A program made the translations under genes and the position numbers. From Octopus bimaculoides (lineage: Eukaryota), in assembly GCF_001194135.2 (NCBI RefSeq), contig NC_068982.1:130956265-131012676 (forward strand): DNA of 56,412 bases. Direction: 5' to 3'. Position 1 is the first letter of the stretch; every line of letters begins with the position of its first letter. The notes beneath the pieces were generated by a model that was not told the origin of the DNA, ran no database searches, and worked only from the letters and a program-made list of their open reading frames with translations. Shown piece after piece: positions 24,201-35,350 of this stretch.

Positions 24201-25164
24201 ATAGAGAAAGATAGAGAGGAAGAACTGAGTGAAATAACTAAACTGCAGTGACGTCACACAGCTTATCACTTCTACAATTCTTCTCTCTTTGTCTCTGTTT
24301 TTCTTCATTCCTTATTTTCAAAACCAATGCCACCACCGCCCTCTCTGCCATCATCATTACCTTAACAACCAATAGTGTCTGTCTTAGAAGTCAAGTTACT
24401 TTCCTTTGCGTTAATCACAATTCACGAAGGTAGGAACACGAGTATTAAGACATTGAAGAGTATTCTTGTGTGTTGTCTATAATTAACTCAATGCATCCTT
24501 TCTTACAGAAGCCATACAATATTGTTACAATATTGTTTGTTCACCACCATGTCGAAATGCTGTGGTAGGGGTAATACCTTGATGAAATTCTGGTGCGTTT
24601 TGTGTAATGTCTTCTACAGAAGTGTGAAATAATCGAGTCGTTTTCGGTCATATCTTGAGGTGGTTTAAGGGCTGCGCTATTTCTTTTGTTCATTAAATAT
24701 GTTATTGGTATCACCAGCTTTGGGATTGCAAAAGCGTAATCTTCCAGTTGCTACATGATGTAACGGTCACAAGTTCAAGAGAAGTTGCATTTACGGAAAA
24801 CCATTTTTTGGTATGCATGTATATAAGTACGTGTACGCGTTTATGTTTGTATGTACACAAACATCTTATAAACATTCACTGACGGCATTTCAAGATTTGA
24901 ATTAATTTCCAACATTCTTGTGATGGTTTTTATTCAACCACGGTCATGCTGTAACACCGTCTGTAAAAGGTTAGTCGCTCATACCATCTTCAGTACTTCT
25001 TTTAATATGGTACTTATTTTATTAAGCTCTTTACTGAACCATTATGTTACGGCACATAAAGGGACGCAACATAAACAGCACCAGTTTTTAGACTGGTGTA
25101 AGCATAAATATATACACACACTCGCACATAAGCACACATTAGAACGCTCTCATACATAATATAT

Positions 25165-25320
25165 TATGGTGAGCTTCCGCATAGTTTCGGTTTGCCAAAT
25201 TCCGCTCACAAAGTATTAGTCAACAAGAGTCTTTAAAAGACACTTGCTTAAAGTAGTGTGCAGAGGGTTCGAACCCATGGGTATGTCACTGCGAATCCTG
25301 CTTCTTATTAACCATAAAGC
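25165..25320 (-). mobile_element. Degenerate SINE-A head
   Basis: agtttcggtttgccaaattccgctcacaaag...gacacttgcttaaag...gggttcgaaccc. Confidence 0.7.
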
Positions 25321-26068
25321 CTCGGAATTTATTTTCCTTTTCGCTAAAACTTATTTCACATGCCCTGATAGATGCATGTAATCACATACAAACATAGGCA
25401 AATACCCATGCACACAAATAAACAAACGCGCGCACGCGTATGCCCTTAGATTTACGCAGGCACATATGAAAATATTTGGTCTCGGAGGAAGACTCTAAGA
25501 CAAAAAGCGAAAAAGACGACAAATAAATACACTTTAACCCAATACTGTCTTGTTGCTATGAACCTGAACATATGGCACCTTATATGTCATAGTCGGCGTG
25601 TTTATCGTTAAATTTCACAGGGGCAAAAAAGATAGAGAAGTTATTTACTCCCTTGAGATATCAGAAATGCGATGTAAAACATCTGGTTTAAAAGTGTATT
25701 TTACATTATAATAAAACATGCATATGCTTAAATCCTTCCAATGCACCATGTAATAGATTTTTCTCAGTAAAGCTGAAATGTTTAAGTTGAAGATATGACG
25801 AATCACAGCATCAACCAAACACTACAGATGCTATTAAAACATAGATAGCAAGTTTCCGTTGCATACGTCAGTATAAACGTTTACACCTATTTGTTAATGG
25901 TTTTAAGATTATTAATTACTGTCATTGTAGCAATATCTTTGCTGTGATGTAGAAATATGCTTCCTGTGTGTCGATTGCGAAAACCAATTACGATTTTTTG
26001 ATGAAGCTATTTCAATTTACAAGCGACTTTCGAAAGGCATTCACATATATACATATTTGTTTATCCTC

Positions 26069-26470
26069 ACTCAAACTTGGATGTTCTACTGCGGTAGTTA
26101 CCATGAGAATATCTCTCATTCTGGCTTTTAGTGCAAATGCATTCTTGTTTATCTCGCTAGCAGGGAAATAAATCACCGCCATCACCAGCGCCGAGACCAC
26201 AAGATCACGTGCCTTTATCAGTTATGGATGCTCAATTGCTAGAGATACTTTGAACAAGCTATCTCTAGTGGTTGACTGTCCATCGTTGATAAAAGCAAAG
26301 AAGATCGAAATCACGTCATCTTGTGGTCTAGGTGCTGGTGATGGCAGGGTTTTATCTCCCCACTTGCGGTATAAACAAGAGTGTATTTTGCACCAAAAGC
26401 CAAAATGAGAGATTTCCTCATGGTATCTACTGCAGTATACTTTATTCTAACAGAACATCCACGTTTAAGT
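26069..26470. repeat. ~400-bp near-complete palindrome (foldback/MITE-like)
   Basis: 26088-26211 vs 26312-26436 are inverted repeats with about 20 differences in ~125 positions; outer block 26073-26087 vs 26452-26466; the spacer itself folds (26211-26247 with 26260-26296). Confidence 0.95.
26211..26296 (+). ncRNA. Candidate pre-miRNA-like hairpin (unvalidated)
   Basis: 37-position stem with 27 Watson-Crick pairs, 7 G.U and 3 mismatches on the + strand; 12-nt loop; UG at 26210-26211 near the stem base. Confidence 0.4.
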
Positions 26471-26984
26471 ATTACCTCTTGGTATTAATACTGCCTCTGT
26501 CGCTAATAGATAAAAAAAAATTTATGTCACTCCGTAAACATGAGATTTCGTATCTAATTAAGAAAGCAATGATTACCACCTAATCTGTTGGACGTTGAAG
26601 AACAGAAATAAATACAAAACAATTTCGCGATGCAGTTTCGATTCGATTTTGAATCGTCTTTGCTTTTCATACGTCACAAATTCACATGGATTTAGTTTCT
26701 ACTATTATACAAGTGTAATCTTGTAGCTCAGTGACTATATCGATAATAAATATCCCTAAGACATTTTATAATTTATCTATAAACATTTTAAGTATGACGT
26801 CTTATTACGGTCTAATTGATCCAAACCTTGTTTTATTTAGCAAGATTTTGTGAAAATCATAATTATTCCAGTGCTAGACGTTAATGGACACATCAGGAAG
26901 GAAACACCCATTGAGCGAAATATGAGTACCTATTTCTTAATCCAAATGAAATCATCGAAATTACTTCATCTAAGGGTGCTAGTA

Positions 26985-27105
26985 CTGTGGTGTTGTTAAG
27001 ATGTTAGCTTCGTAGCTACATAATTTCGCTTACGATCCTATTGTACGGCGCCTTAGTGCTATGTATTTTACCCGAGCTTCGGATCAACCAAAGCCTTGTG
27101 AGTAA
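26985..27105 (+). mobile_element. Degenerate SINE-A head
   Basis: gttgttaagatgttagcttc...ggcgccttagtgc...ggatcaaccaaagccttgtgagt. Confidence 0.7.
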
Positions 27106-28700
27106 AATATTATAAAAATTTGTGTAGAAACAAGTATTTATTTCTGAAAAACAGTTGCATTGTCCGAGTAGGTACGCTGTCATACTCTCTCAGCTAATGG
27201 ATGAATATTTGTCAGGTTACGAGGGCTCTGGCTATTTTATCAACTCTAAAATGAAACCCTGACATCGAGGTTATATGCAGTTAAGTGTTCATCCTATTAT
27301 GAAGGTGAATCACTGAAACAGTTAAATTAAAGTAAAAAGATTCTGAATATGCTCTACTTAATTCTTAAACTTCTCTCTTCGTTTACCTAACAACACTACT
27401 CTCGACTTTTATCTATTAGTCCTGACATTAACTCCGTATCACTCCTCACTTTAATTCCTTCCTCGTTTTGTAGCTTACAACCAAAGTGACAACAGCACTT
27501 TTATCTTTCACACTCAAGTGAAAGGCAATGGCTCGGAACTTTACATAATTCACTTCTCTCACAAATCAATTTAATGATTTCTTCAATATATTTCTCTATT
27601 GGCTAATTATTGACGATACAGACGTTCACTAGTTTCCTTGCATACACGATTCATCCCTACCCCTACTTGAGAATTTTTTTTCTCTCACCGTAAAATTGAT
27701 ACAACCGATGTTCTTTGAATAATTAAGAAAACCTATGAAATAGAAGACCAAGGTATCTACCTCATGTTTTAAATAGCAACGAATTTGAGTTTACCTTTCT
27801 TCTTTCGAGAAAATAAATGCAATTAACCTAAATATATGAAAGATTTTCGGGGTAAGAGATAAATTCGTTGAAGCAATTCAGACACTCGGCTTTACTGCTG
27901 CTCCACTCTTCTGCTGTATTTGTTACGCTCTCCTTACAGAAGCAGATATTGATGTACCTGTTCTCTTCCCTATGAGTGATGTGTTGTGTGCCTGAAACAT
28001 ACTTACTGAACGCTGTTGAAATCCCAATGAGCACCCAAACCGAACTGACAGTAACATCAGCATCAAGGTAACAAGCATCGCAGAATTTCAAAATTGGGTC
28101 AACCAGCGCAGCGTTTTGTAATATATATACCATATGTTTAAACGACAATATGCTATGTTTATAAATAACGCAACAAATGTGGAATACATACATGTAAAGA
28201 GCATTGTAGGAAACCCTAAATATATGTCCCTAGGTCTTCGTAAATATGTAACATTTACAATTGAGGTCTACATTGGTAAGATTCCAGTTAGACACAAGCT
28301 GAAAGCCTATATACCTAGCTGAACAAATAAATGTGTAAGATAACTTCATAAAAGTCTAGTTGGGTTTTCTTGAGAAAACAATGCCTGCCTATCCTGGCAT
28401 ATGTACAGTCAACTAAACTCATTAATGTTAGTTTAAATATGGATCATGTGATAAGTCAATTTATTCAGAGTGAAATAATGGGGGAGGAGTGAAAAAAAAG
28501 AAGTAAATATGTCAAGAAATACAAGGAAAGTATTCATTTGTGAGAGAAGTAATCATTGCATGTTTATAATTCTAAATGGTTATTTTATTCAAATTTTAGA
28601 ATGATTAACAAACTGTGAGCAAATCCCAAACAGTAATATAAAGTTTTAAAAAAAAGCCATTTTTTATCTTCTCTCTAGAATAACCAGATATGTATGTGTG

Positions 28701-28733
<33 letters not shown>

Positions 28734-29119
28734 AAGCAAACATGATCGAAGAGAAATGAATCATAGAAACCAGTGGCATACATTTGAACAACGTAGATGG
28801 ATACTGGTAAAACAACGTACCATACACAATAAATTCCCGATTTTATTAAAATTATCTCCACCTTTAAAGTATCATAATTGCCAAATGGCAATTAAGATCA
28901 GCTCCTGAAGGTAGGTGGGTATCTATATTTGTTCCAAGCAGCGACTAATGATACTTTGGCTCAATTACGATATTAAAAAAAGCAATAACAACAATCACAA
29001 TATAATAAAATATTATTAGAAACTGTAATTAAAAAGTTAAAATATTTTATGTACTGCAAAATTATAAGCAATTTATTGCACATAAATTTTAACAGAAAAA
29101 TCTTATATGNNNNNNNNNN

Positions 29120-29176
29120 CCACTAGGCCATATGGACCCCTCCGTGGGCCATATGGACCCCGGTTCAGAATCACTG
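29120..29176. mobile_element. hAT-type MITE terminus next to a gap
   Basis: Ends ggttcagaatcactg (reverse complement CAGTGATTCTGAACC, typical of hAT MITE TIRs); duplicated ggccatatggaccc. Confidence 0.55.
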
Positions 29177-29204
29177 ATTTATATGAATAATTTGAATAAG
29201 TTAA

Positions 29205-29420
29205 GGCGCCGCACTAGCAGAATCGTTAGGGCTCCGAATAAATTACGTTGCAGCATTTCTTCTGGCTTTAAGTTCTGAGTTCAAATTCCGCCGACACCAT
29301 CTTTGCCTTTCTTCCATAAGGGAGTCAATAAAATAAGTACCTATGGAGCACTGGGGTCGATGTAATTGATTATCCGCCTTCTCCCAGAATTTTACACATT
29401 GTACTTATAGTAGGAAGAAA
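29205..29420 (+). mobile_element. SINE-B, B1-type tail
   Basis: ctagcagaatcgttagg...gttctgagttcaaattccgccgac...gcactggggtcgatgtaattga...cccagaattttacacattgtacttatagtaggaag. Confidence 0.85.
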
Positions 29421-29648
29421 TGTTAAAATAAGTTGACATAGTGAAGAATTAACCGAGAAATTTGAAGAACAAACGTATAAAAACTATTTTAGCATAACGC
29501 TGTTTCTAGAAGTTTCAATCAAAATTTTGTTGCAGGTTTCTGTCTTAAATTGAACTCTGTTTGCCTTCCAATTGGAAGGTTTCGTAAACGGAAGCAGGAT
29601 CTTTCGAATTGAGTGATGACATCCGTCACTCAGTTACGAACAGTGACA

Positions 29649-30187
29649 GGATCTTTTTTAGAACGGGGGCCACAGTATTTTCTTAACTAAACACTTTGAA
29701 ACTTGGAACACTGGTAGAATGTGTCATATAAAACATCTTTTTCTCTTAGGGATTTCTTTTTTTTTTTAAGAAGACTAAGTTATTCCATGTTAAAGTTGTC
29801 GTATTTCTGTAATTTCAACCAATCACTGACGTCCATTCAGCCGATATACATTAAGTGCCGACTACATAAACAAACGATTCTGAAACAATTCTGTCGGTGA
29901 TAAAATTATTATTTCCTTGTCAAAAAATGGCTGAAGCATATTGGCAGTAACTAATAAACCTTTCTATTATAGGCTAACCATAACCCTAACCGTAGGGTTA
30001 GGGTTAGAGTAAAACAGCAAATTTAAAAAGAAAAAAGCAAATNNNNNNNNNNNNNNNNNNNNNNNNNNNNNNNNNNNNNNNNNNNNNNNNNNNNNNNNNN
30101 NNNNNNNNNNNNNNNNNNNNNNNNNNNNNNNNNNNNNNNNNNGTAAAACATTAATGAAAACTGTGGCCCCCGTTTTAAAATAGATCC
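29649..30187. mobile_element. MITE with GG-terminal ~37-bp TIRs and perfect 8-bp TSD (Merlin-like)
   Basis: cagtgaca|GGATCttttttagaacgggggccacagt...actgtggcccccgttttaaaataGATCC|cagtgaca; TSD at 29641-29648 and 30188-30195; 100-N gap inside. Confidence 0.85.
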
Positions 30188-30467
30188 CAGTGACAGACAG
30201 GCAAGAGATAAACGACAATCTGATGATGAGAACGATTGAAATTGCTACTAATCTAGAAATAGCAGTTGACACACATTTATTCTTCAGAACACTCTTTCAG
30301 CTACACGCAGTCAGACAAGCTACCAACTAAATTATTAAAGAACACACTAGTCTCTTACAGAATCGGGTCACAACATTAATCTTATCTTCCGAAGTTATTC
30401 TCTTGGTTTCTTTTATTGGACCCCTCGTGCTAAATGATATTGATTTGAAACTGACAGACTACGCTTT

Positions 30468-30823
30468 TTACCTCCGCCAAGGAAGGAGGTTATGTTTTCA
30501 TCGGAGTTGGTTTGTTCGTCTGTCTGCAAAATAACTCAGAAAGTTGTGAACGGTATTTGATGAAACTTGCAGAAAAAGTTGGTAATGATTCGGGGAATTT
30601 TTATGGATTCTTGAAGGATTTTTCATTTATCATATTTACTTTACATGAAGTGTTACAATGTTACACTCTTTGATTATCTCCCTTGAAAGCATGTTCATCG
30701 TTTCCACGTAACCTGTGGTGGCGTTGCTGTTTCCAAAGTTTATTTTCGTTTCTCTATTAGTAATTTTACTCGTGTATCTATCTTAAAATGAGCTGTTTGG
30801 TGGAGGTCTGTGCTTTTCTAGTT
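30468..30823 (+). mobile_element. Non-autonomous Helentron-associated (HINE-like) element
   Basis: ttacctccgccaaggaaggaggttatgttttc start, short gttt/gtct patch, subterminal inverted ggtggaggt (30799-30807), end tgcttttctagtt. Confidence 0.75.
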
Positions 30824-31853
30824 TTTATATATTTTGGACACTTTCATCATTGTTAAATTAATCTCATTATCAAAGGTTCGTCGGTTTCTTATAAGAATTA
30901 TTTTATCTGTGGTACAATATGTTGTTTTTTTCTCTTTTCTCTCTGTTCGTTAACTAATATGGGTTATATATATCTGCTATTTCATGAGCTCTCGTGTGAA
31001 AACAGAATTATATTAATGGTTTCGGTTGAAAACTTTCTTGCTAATTCTAACCTTGACAAAGTATTTAGCAAAACAGTATTAACAAAATAAAAACATACGA
31101 TTGAAAACCTATATGGTTTCTTTTTCAAATCCCTTTAGAAACAACGGATTTGCCTTTAATCTATTTCAAGGCACATTTAAAAAAGGAAAAAACAAAAATA
31201 TACATTTAATGGTCTGTACTCCTTGTTTCAGAGGATCAAATGAAAGTCGCTTGTGTGTTGCATATATTAGATAGAAACTATAACAGCAGATAAATACCAT
31301 TTCATTCTTACATAGCCGATGCCTGTTATATCTTTTAGCTAATTTGAAACAGCCTTAATAGAACCTGCAAAGCAAATAATTGGATAGTTGTAACTAGAAT
31401 TGCACGAGGGAATTGCACGATATTTTTGCTTTTACGTTTAAGGTTTGCATTCCAGAATTTCAGGAATTCGTCTCTTGCTCTTGCTGATTATACTTATCGT
31501 CGTTGATCATAAAGCTGCTTACTTATCAAACGAACAGGAAGAGTGTAATGATTATTATTCTACTTTATCAGTAGCAATCCAATGTTTGAATTGTTAGATG
31601 TTTCATCTTTAACATTTTAAAAGTCTATCACTAGTTTCACGGTTGCCGAAGCAGACATTCTAAAATTAAACTTAATTTTAATCAGTTGTTTGTTTATTTG
31701 TTTTAAAGTTTATTTTTGGTAAATCTTGGTAGAAACTTATGCTTTTAATGTTCGAATATGCTTAAAACTAGCAATGACCGTGACAAGACTGCTCATTACA
31801 TAAAGTATTGTAGTACATAATCCCTAAATGAGATAAACAATACCTTTTATTAT

Positions 31854-32062
31854 ACTCTTTTACTTGCTTCAGTCATTTGACTGTGGCCATGCTGGAGCAC
31901 CAACTTTAGTCGAGCAAATCGACCCCAGGACTTATTCTTTGTAAGCCTAGTACTTATTCTATCGGTCTCTTTTGCCGAACCGCTAAGTTACGAGGACGTA
32001 AACACACCAGCATCGGTTGTCAAGTGATGTTGGGGAGGAGGACAAACACACACACAAACATA

Positions 32063-32135
<73 letters not shown>

Positions 32136-32292
32136 GACGGGCTTCTTTCAGTTTCCGTCTACCAAATCCACTCACAAAGCTTTGGTCGGCCCGGGGCTAT
32201 AGTAGAAGACACTTGCCCAAAGTGCCACGCAGTGGGATTGAACCCGGAACCATGTGATTCGTAAGCAAGCTACTTACCACACAGCCACTCCT
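31854..32292 (-). mobile_element. Full-length SINE-A
   Basis: Near-complete reverse complement of 10101-10519, with internal (CA)/(AT) microsatellite. Confidence 0.95.
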
Positions 32293-32297
32293 ATTAT

Positions 32298-32405
32298 AGT
32301 TACGTTTCTTTAGTCTGTGTTCGAATCTCACTGCCACAGACTTTTGTCAATAAAATGTCAATAAAATAAGTATCGATCTGTACAGGGGTTGATATAATCA
32401 ATTAT
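32298..32405 (+). mobile_element. Degenerate SINE-B fragment abutting the SINE-A head
   Basis: gtgttcgaatctcactgccacagacttt...aataaaataagtatc...caggggttgatataatc. Confidence 0.5.
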
Positions 32406-34079
32406 TGCTCTCCTTTGCAAATTGCCTTTTGACGTTGTTAGAAATGGAAATCAGCAGTTTGATTCATTCAAAAAGTTTTTTGAGTAAAATATCTTCATAA
32501 CAATTTTACTTGAAACGGGGTTAGCATTTACCGATTGCTCCCACCAACTTGTGTATGTTTTAATTTATATTTTTAACTGTGTTACGGAGTTTTAATAAAA
32601 CAGTTTTTGTTTTTACAATTAGTTAGGAAGGAAGGAAGGCAATGACTGACCCTTTTCTGAACCTCTGAGACTGGTGGGAGAAAGGGAGGTAGCTTTCCTT
32701 TAACCTGAGGCAGAGACGCGGCCCAGATGCTTGCAACAGAGTGAAATTCTCTCCGAAGAGCACCTAAGAGCTCGCGTTTGTGTTAATCCCACAACGTTGC
32801 TGCGTTGACTCGTTAACAGCTCACCTCTTTCTCTACAGTTTACAGAGCTCTTCAGCCCCAATGATGAAATGTAAACATTTAAAAATATACATAATAAAAA
32901 TTCAGAAATTTTAATGAAAATTTCGGTAAAAATAAACAAAATAAAAATAAAAGTACAATTTCAAGCTGTCTGGTGATATATTTTAGCTAAAAGAATTGTA
33001 ACAGAATTGCTAGCCACAATTAAACAGAAATTTGGCACATTTTCTTTTAGATTAAGAAAAAAAAAAAACACAACTTCCTCCTCTTCATCTTATCCAAGTA
33101 GCGTTATCCCAGTTTTGCTCTACCCACGATTCTTTCCCATTTCAGAATTTCGGAAGAAAGAGGGCGGGAATACAAGCGATCTTATCAGATTTGAAGGAGT
33201 TAGCTTTTTTTTTTTTTTTTTTTAAGAGACAATGCTAGTCTTAATTGAATAAATTTAGCCAAATAAATTAATATTTTGAAAAAATGTTCAGTGAATTTAT
33301 ATTTGCAGAAATATCGTTATCTCTTTATTTACTTATTTAGTTATCTATTTTTTTTTTCCAAATGAAAACAATAGTGAGGCGAACAGGACAGAAAGCAGTC
33401 TCACCAAAACCAGATGTGCTGAAATGTAGACAATAATGCATAGCTAACAAAAAAGATAAACAGCAAAACCTTAAAAATACGGGTGTACAAACCATTGTTT
33501 GCCACTCAGCACTAAGGCTGTATTCACTTACTAAAATAACATCCAGCTAGTAATTGTGACGGCAAAGGTCGTAACTGATTAAAGGGACGGAAAGATATGT
33601 GAATCTCGCCAGCACACTAACAGATGACGGATGCTGGCTGGTACTTAAAAGACCTATTGAAAAACTGAAGGTCGTAGAAGCGCAGAGTCAGCGCAACCAT
33701 CATTATTATGATAGTAACGCTTAAGTGTTACGTGTTGTTAAGCAGATAGCATTTTCTAATGAATATTGTTGAGAATATCTAGAATGGCTTTTATCAGTAT
33801 TAGAGAAAGGTGCTTTATCTATAAGGCTAACCAGGCGTGGAGTAAAATAGGTCTCAAGACGATAATGCAGCCATAAAGCATGAAATGTCCATTAAATTAG
33901 CAATGTGCATTCACTAAAAGGTGAGCAAGTGTGACTTATAAATATTTTCAGGTCATTCTATGTGGAAGAGTTTCATATAGAAAGAATTAATTCCACCACA
34001 ATTGAAAGAAAGTTAATATCCGCAGCCGTCGCAAGCGAGCTCCACTTCAGCCAGCCATTTTTGACCCAGTGGAACATTG

Positions 34080-34210
34080 AGGGTATGATAGTTGGAGGAA
34101 GCGAGCACTCGACTAGTACTCATTTTCAGCTGAGTGTATTGGGCTATCGTGAAATAAAGTATTTCACAAGGAGTCGTTCGGTTCAGGAATCGAATCCACA
34201 GCCTTAGAAC
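34080..34210 (-). mobile_element. SINE-D fragment
   Basis: agtactcattttcagctgagtgtattgg...ggaatcgaatccacagcc. Confidence 0.6.
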
Positions 34211-34230
34211 TAGATTTTTAAAACCGCAGT

Positions 34231-35350
34231 GGATCTTTTCAATCTCAGTGAGAATTTTTTTAATTATAGTTTTCTTTAGCTAAACAGTTTGAAACTTTGG
34301 ATACTAATTAAATGTGTCACGTAGAACACGGTTTTACTCTTAGCGGTATTTCGTCTGCCGCTATGTTCTGAGTTCAAATTCCGCCAAGGTCGACTTTGCC
34401 TTTCATCCTTTCGGGGTCGATTAAATAAGTACCAGTTATGCACTGGAGTCGATGTAATCGACTTAATCCGTTTGTCTGTCCTTGTTTGTCCCCTCTGTGT
34501 GTAGCCCCTTGTGGGCAGTAAAGAAATAAGAAGTTATTTCATGTTAAAAGTTGTCGTATTTGGATAATTTTAACCAATCAAAGACGTGTATTCAGCTGAA
34601 GAAAGTTACTGCTATTTGCGAAAGTAATCGAAGAGCAACAACTTCTGGGTCATCGAGTCATGAGAGAGAGAGAGAGAGAGAGGGTATAAAAGATAAGAAA
34701 GGTGGGTGAGAAAGACAGAAAGTTCTTCAATAGGGAATGGGTGAGAAAACCAAAGTTCTTTTATAGGGAATACATACGCGTGTGTGTGTGTGTATTTTAT
34801 CCATTGTGTCCTCTCATTTATATAATGTTAGCGTGTGACATTGAGAGAGACTTGGCTGTTATTTCCAGCAAATTGGGGAGAGAGAGAACGGAGATAGCGG
34901 TGGTGTGTTGACGATCTGAACGACAGCTTATATAAACTCACCAATCTCCAACCACTGCATATTAGTTTATTAAACCCTCTCCTTTTCCTTGCTTCTATTC
35001 GGGGTTTTATCAGCTTTACATATGAATGTGTGTGTGCATGTCGTCAACTTCACAATCCCCCCTCCCTCCTTGAAGCTATGTATTCCTCTCACCCACCTCC
35101 CCGGATGTTGTTGCTCTTCCATTACTTTCGCAAACAGCAGTAACTTTCTTCAGCTTCACATCATTGATTGGTTAAAATTACCCAAATACGTCAACTTTAA
35201 CACGAAATAACTTCTAAAATACAAAATTTTGTCAAAAAGGTTAAGAGTGAACCGGGTTCTGCGTGACACATTTAACCAGTATCCGAAGTTTCAAACTGCT
35301 TAGTTTTTAAAAATTAATTAAAAAATCTGTGACTGAGATTGAAAATATCA
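34231..35350. mobile_element. ~1.1-kb foldback DNA element with ~250-bp TIRs, related to the 29649 MITE
   Basis: Left arm 34231-~34649 (interrupted by a SINE) matches the reverse complement of ~35099-35350; starts GGATC; shares the tttgaaactt.g.acac.g...aatgtgtca and gttatt.catgttaaagttg motifs with 29649-30187. No clear TSD. Confidence 0.85.
34343..34528 (+). mobile_element. 5'-truncated SINE-B with B2 (LINE-like) tail, nested in the foldback element
   Basis: gcggtatttcgtctgccgctatgttctgagttcaaattccgcc...tttgtcccctctgtgtgtagccccttgtgggcagtaaagaaata. Confidence 0.95.

Noticed and set aside
24508-24570. EGF-like exon (CSPPCRN)
   Set aside because: Cysteine spacing does not continue and a stop follows.
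28875-28894. 9-bp palindrome taattgcca-aa-tggcaatta
   Set aside because: Short and AT-rich; within chance expectation.
29974-30007. True telomere or chromosome-fusion site
   Set aside because: Only about two units per arm, enclosed by MITE TIRs and a TSD.
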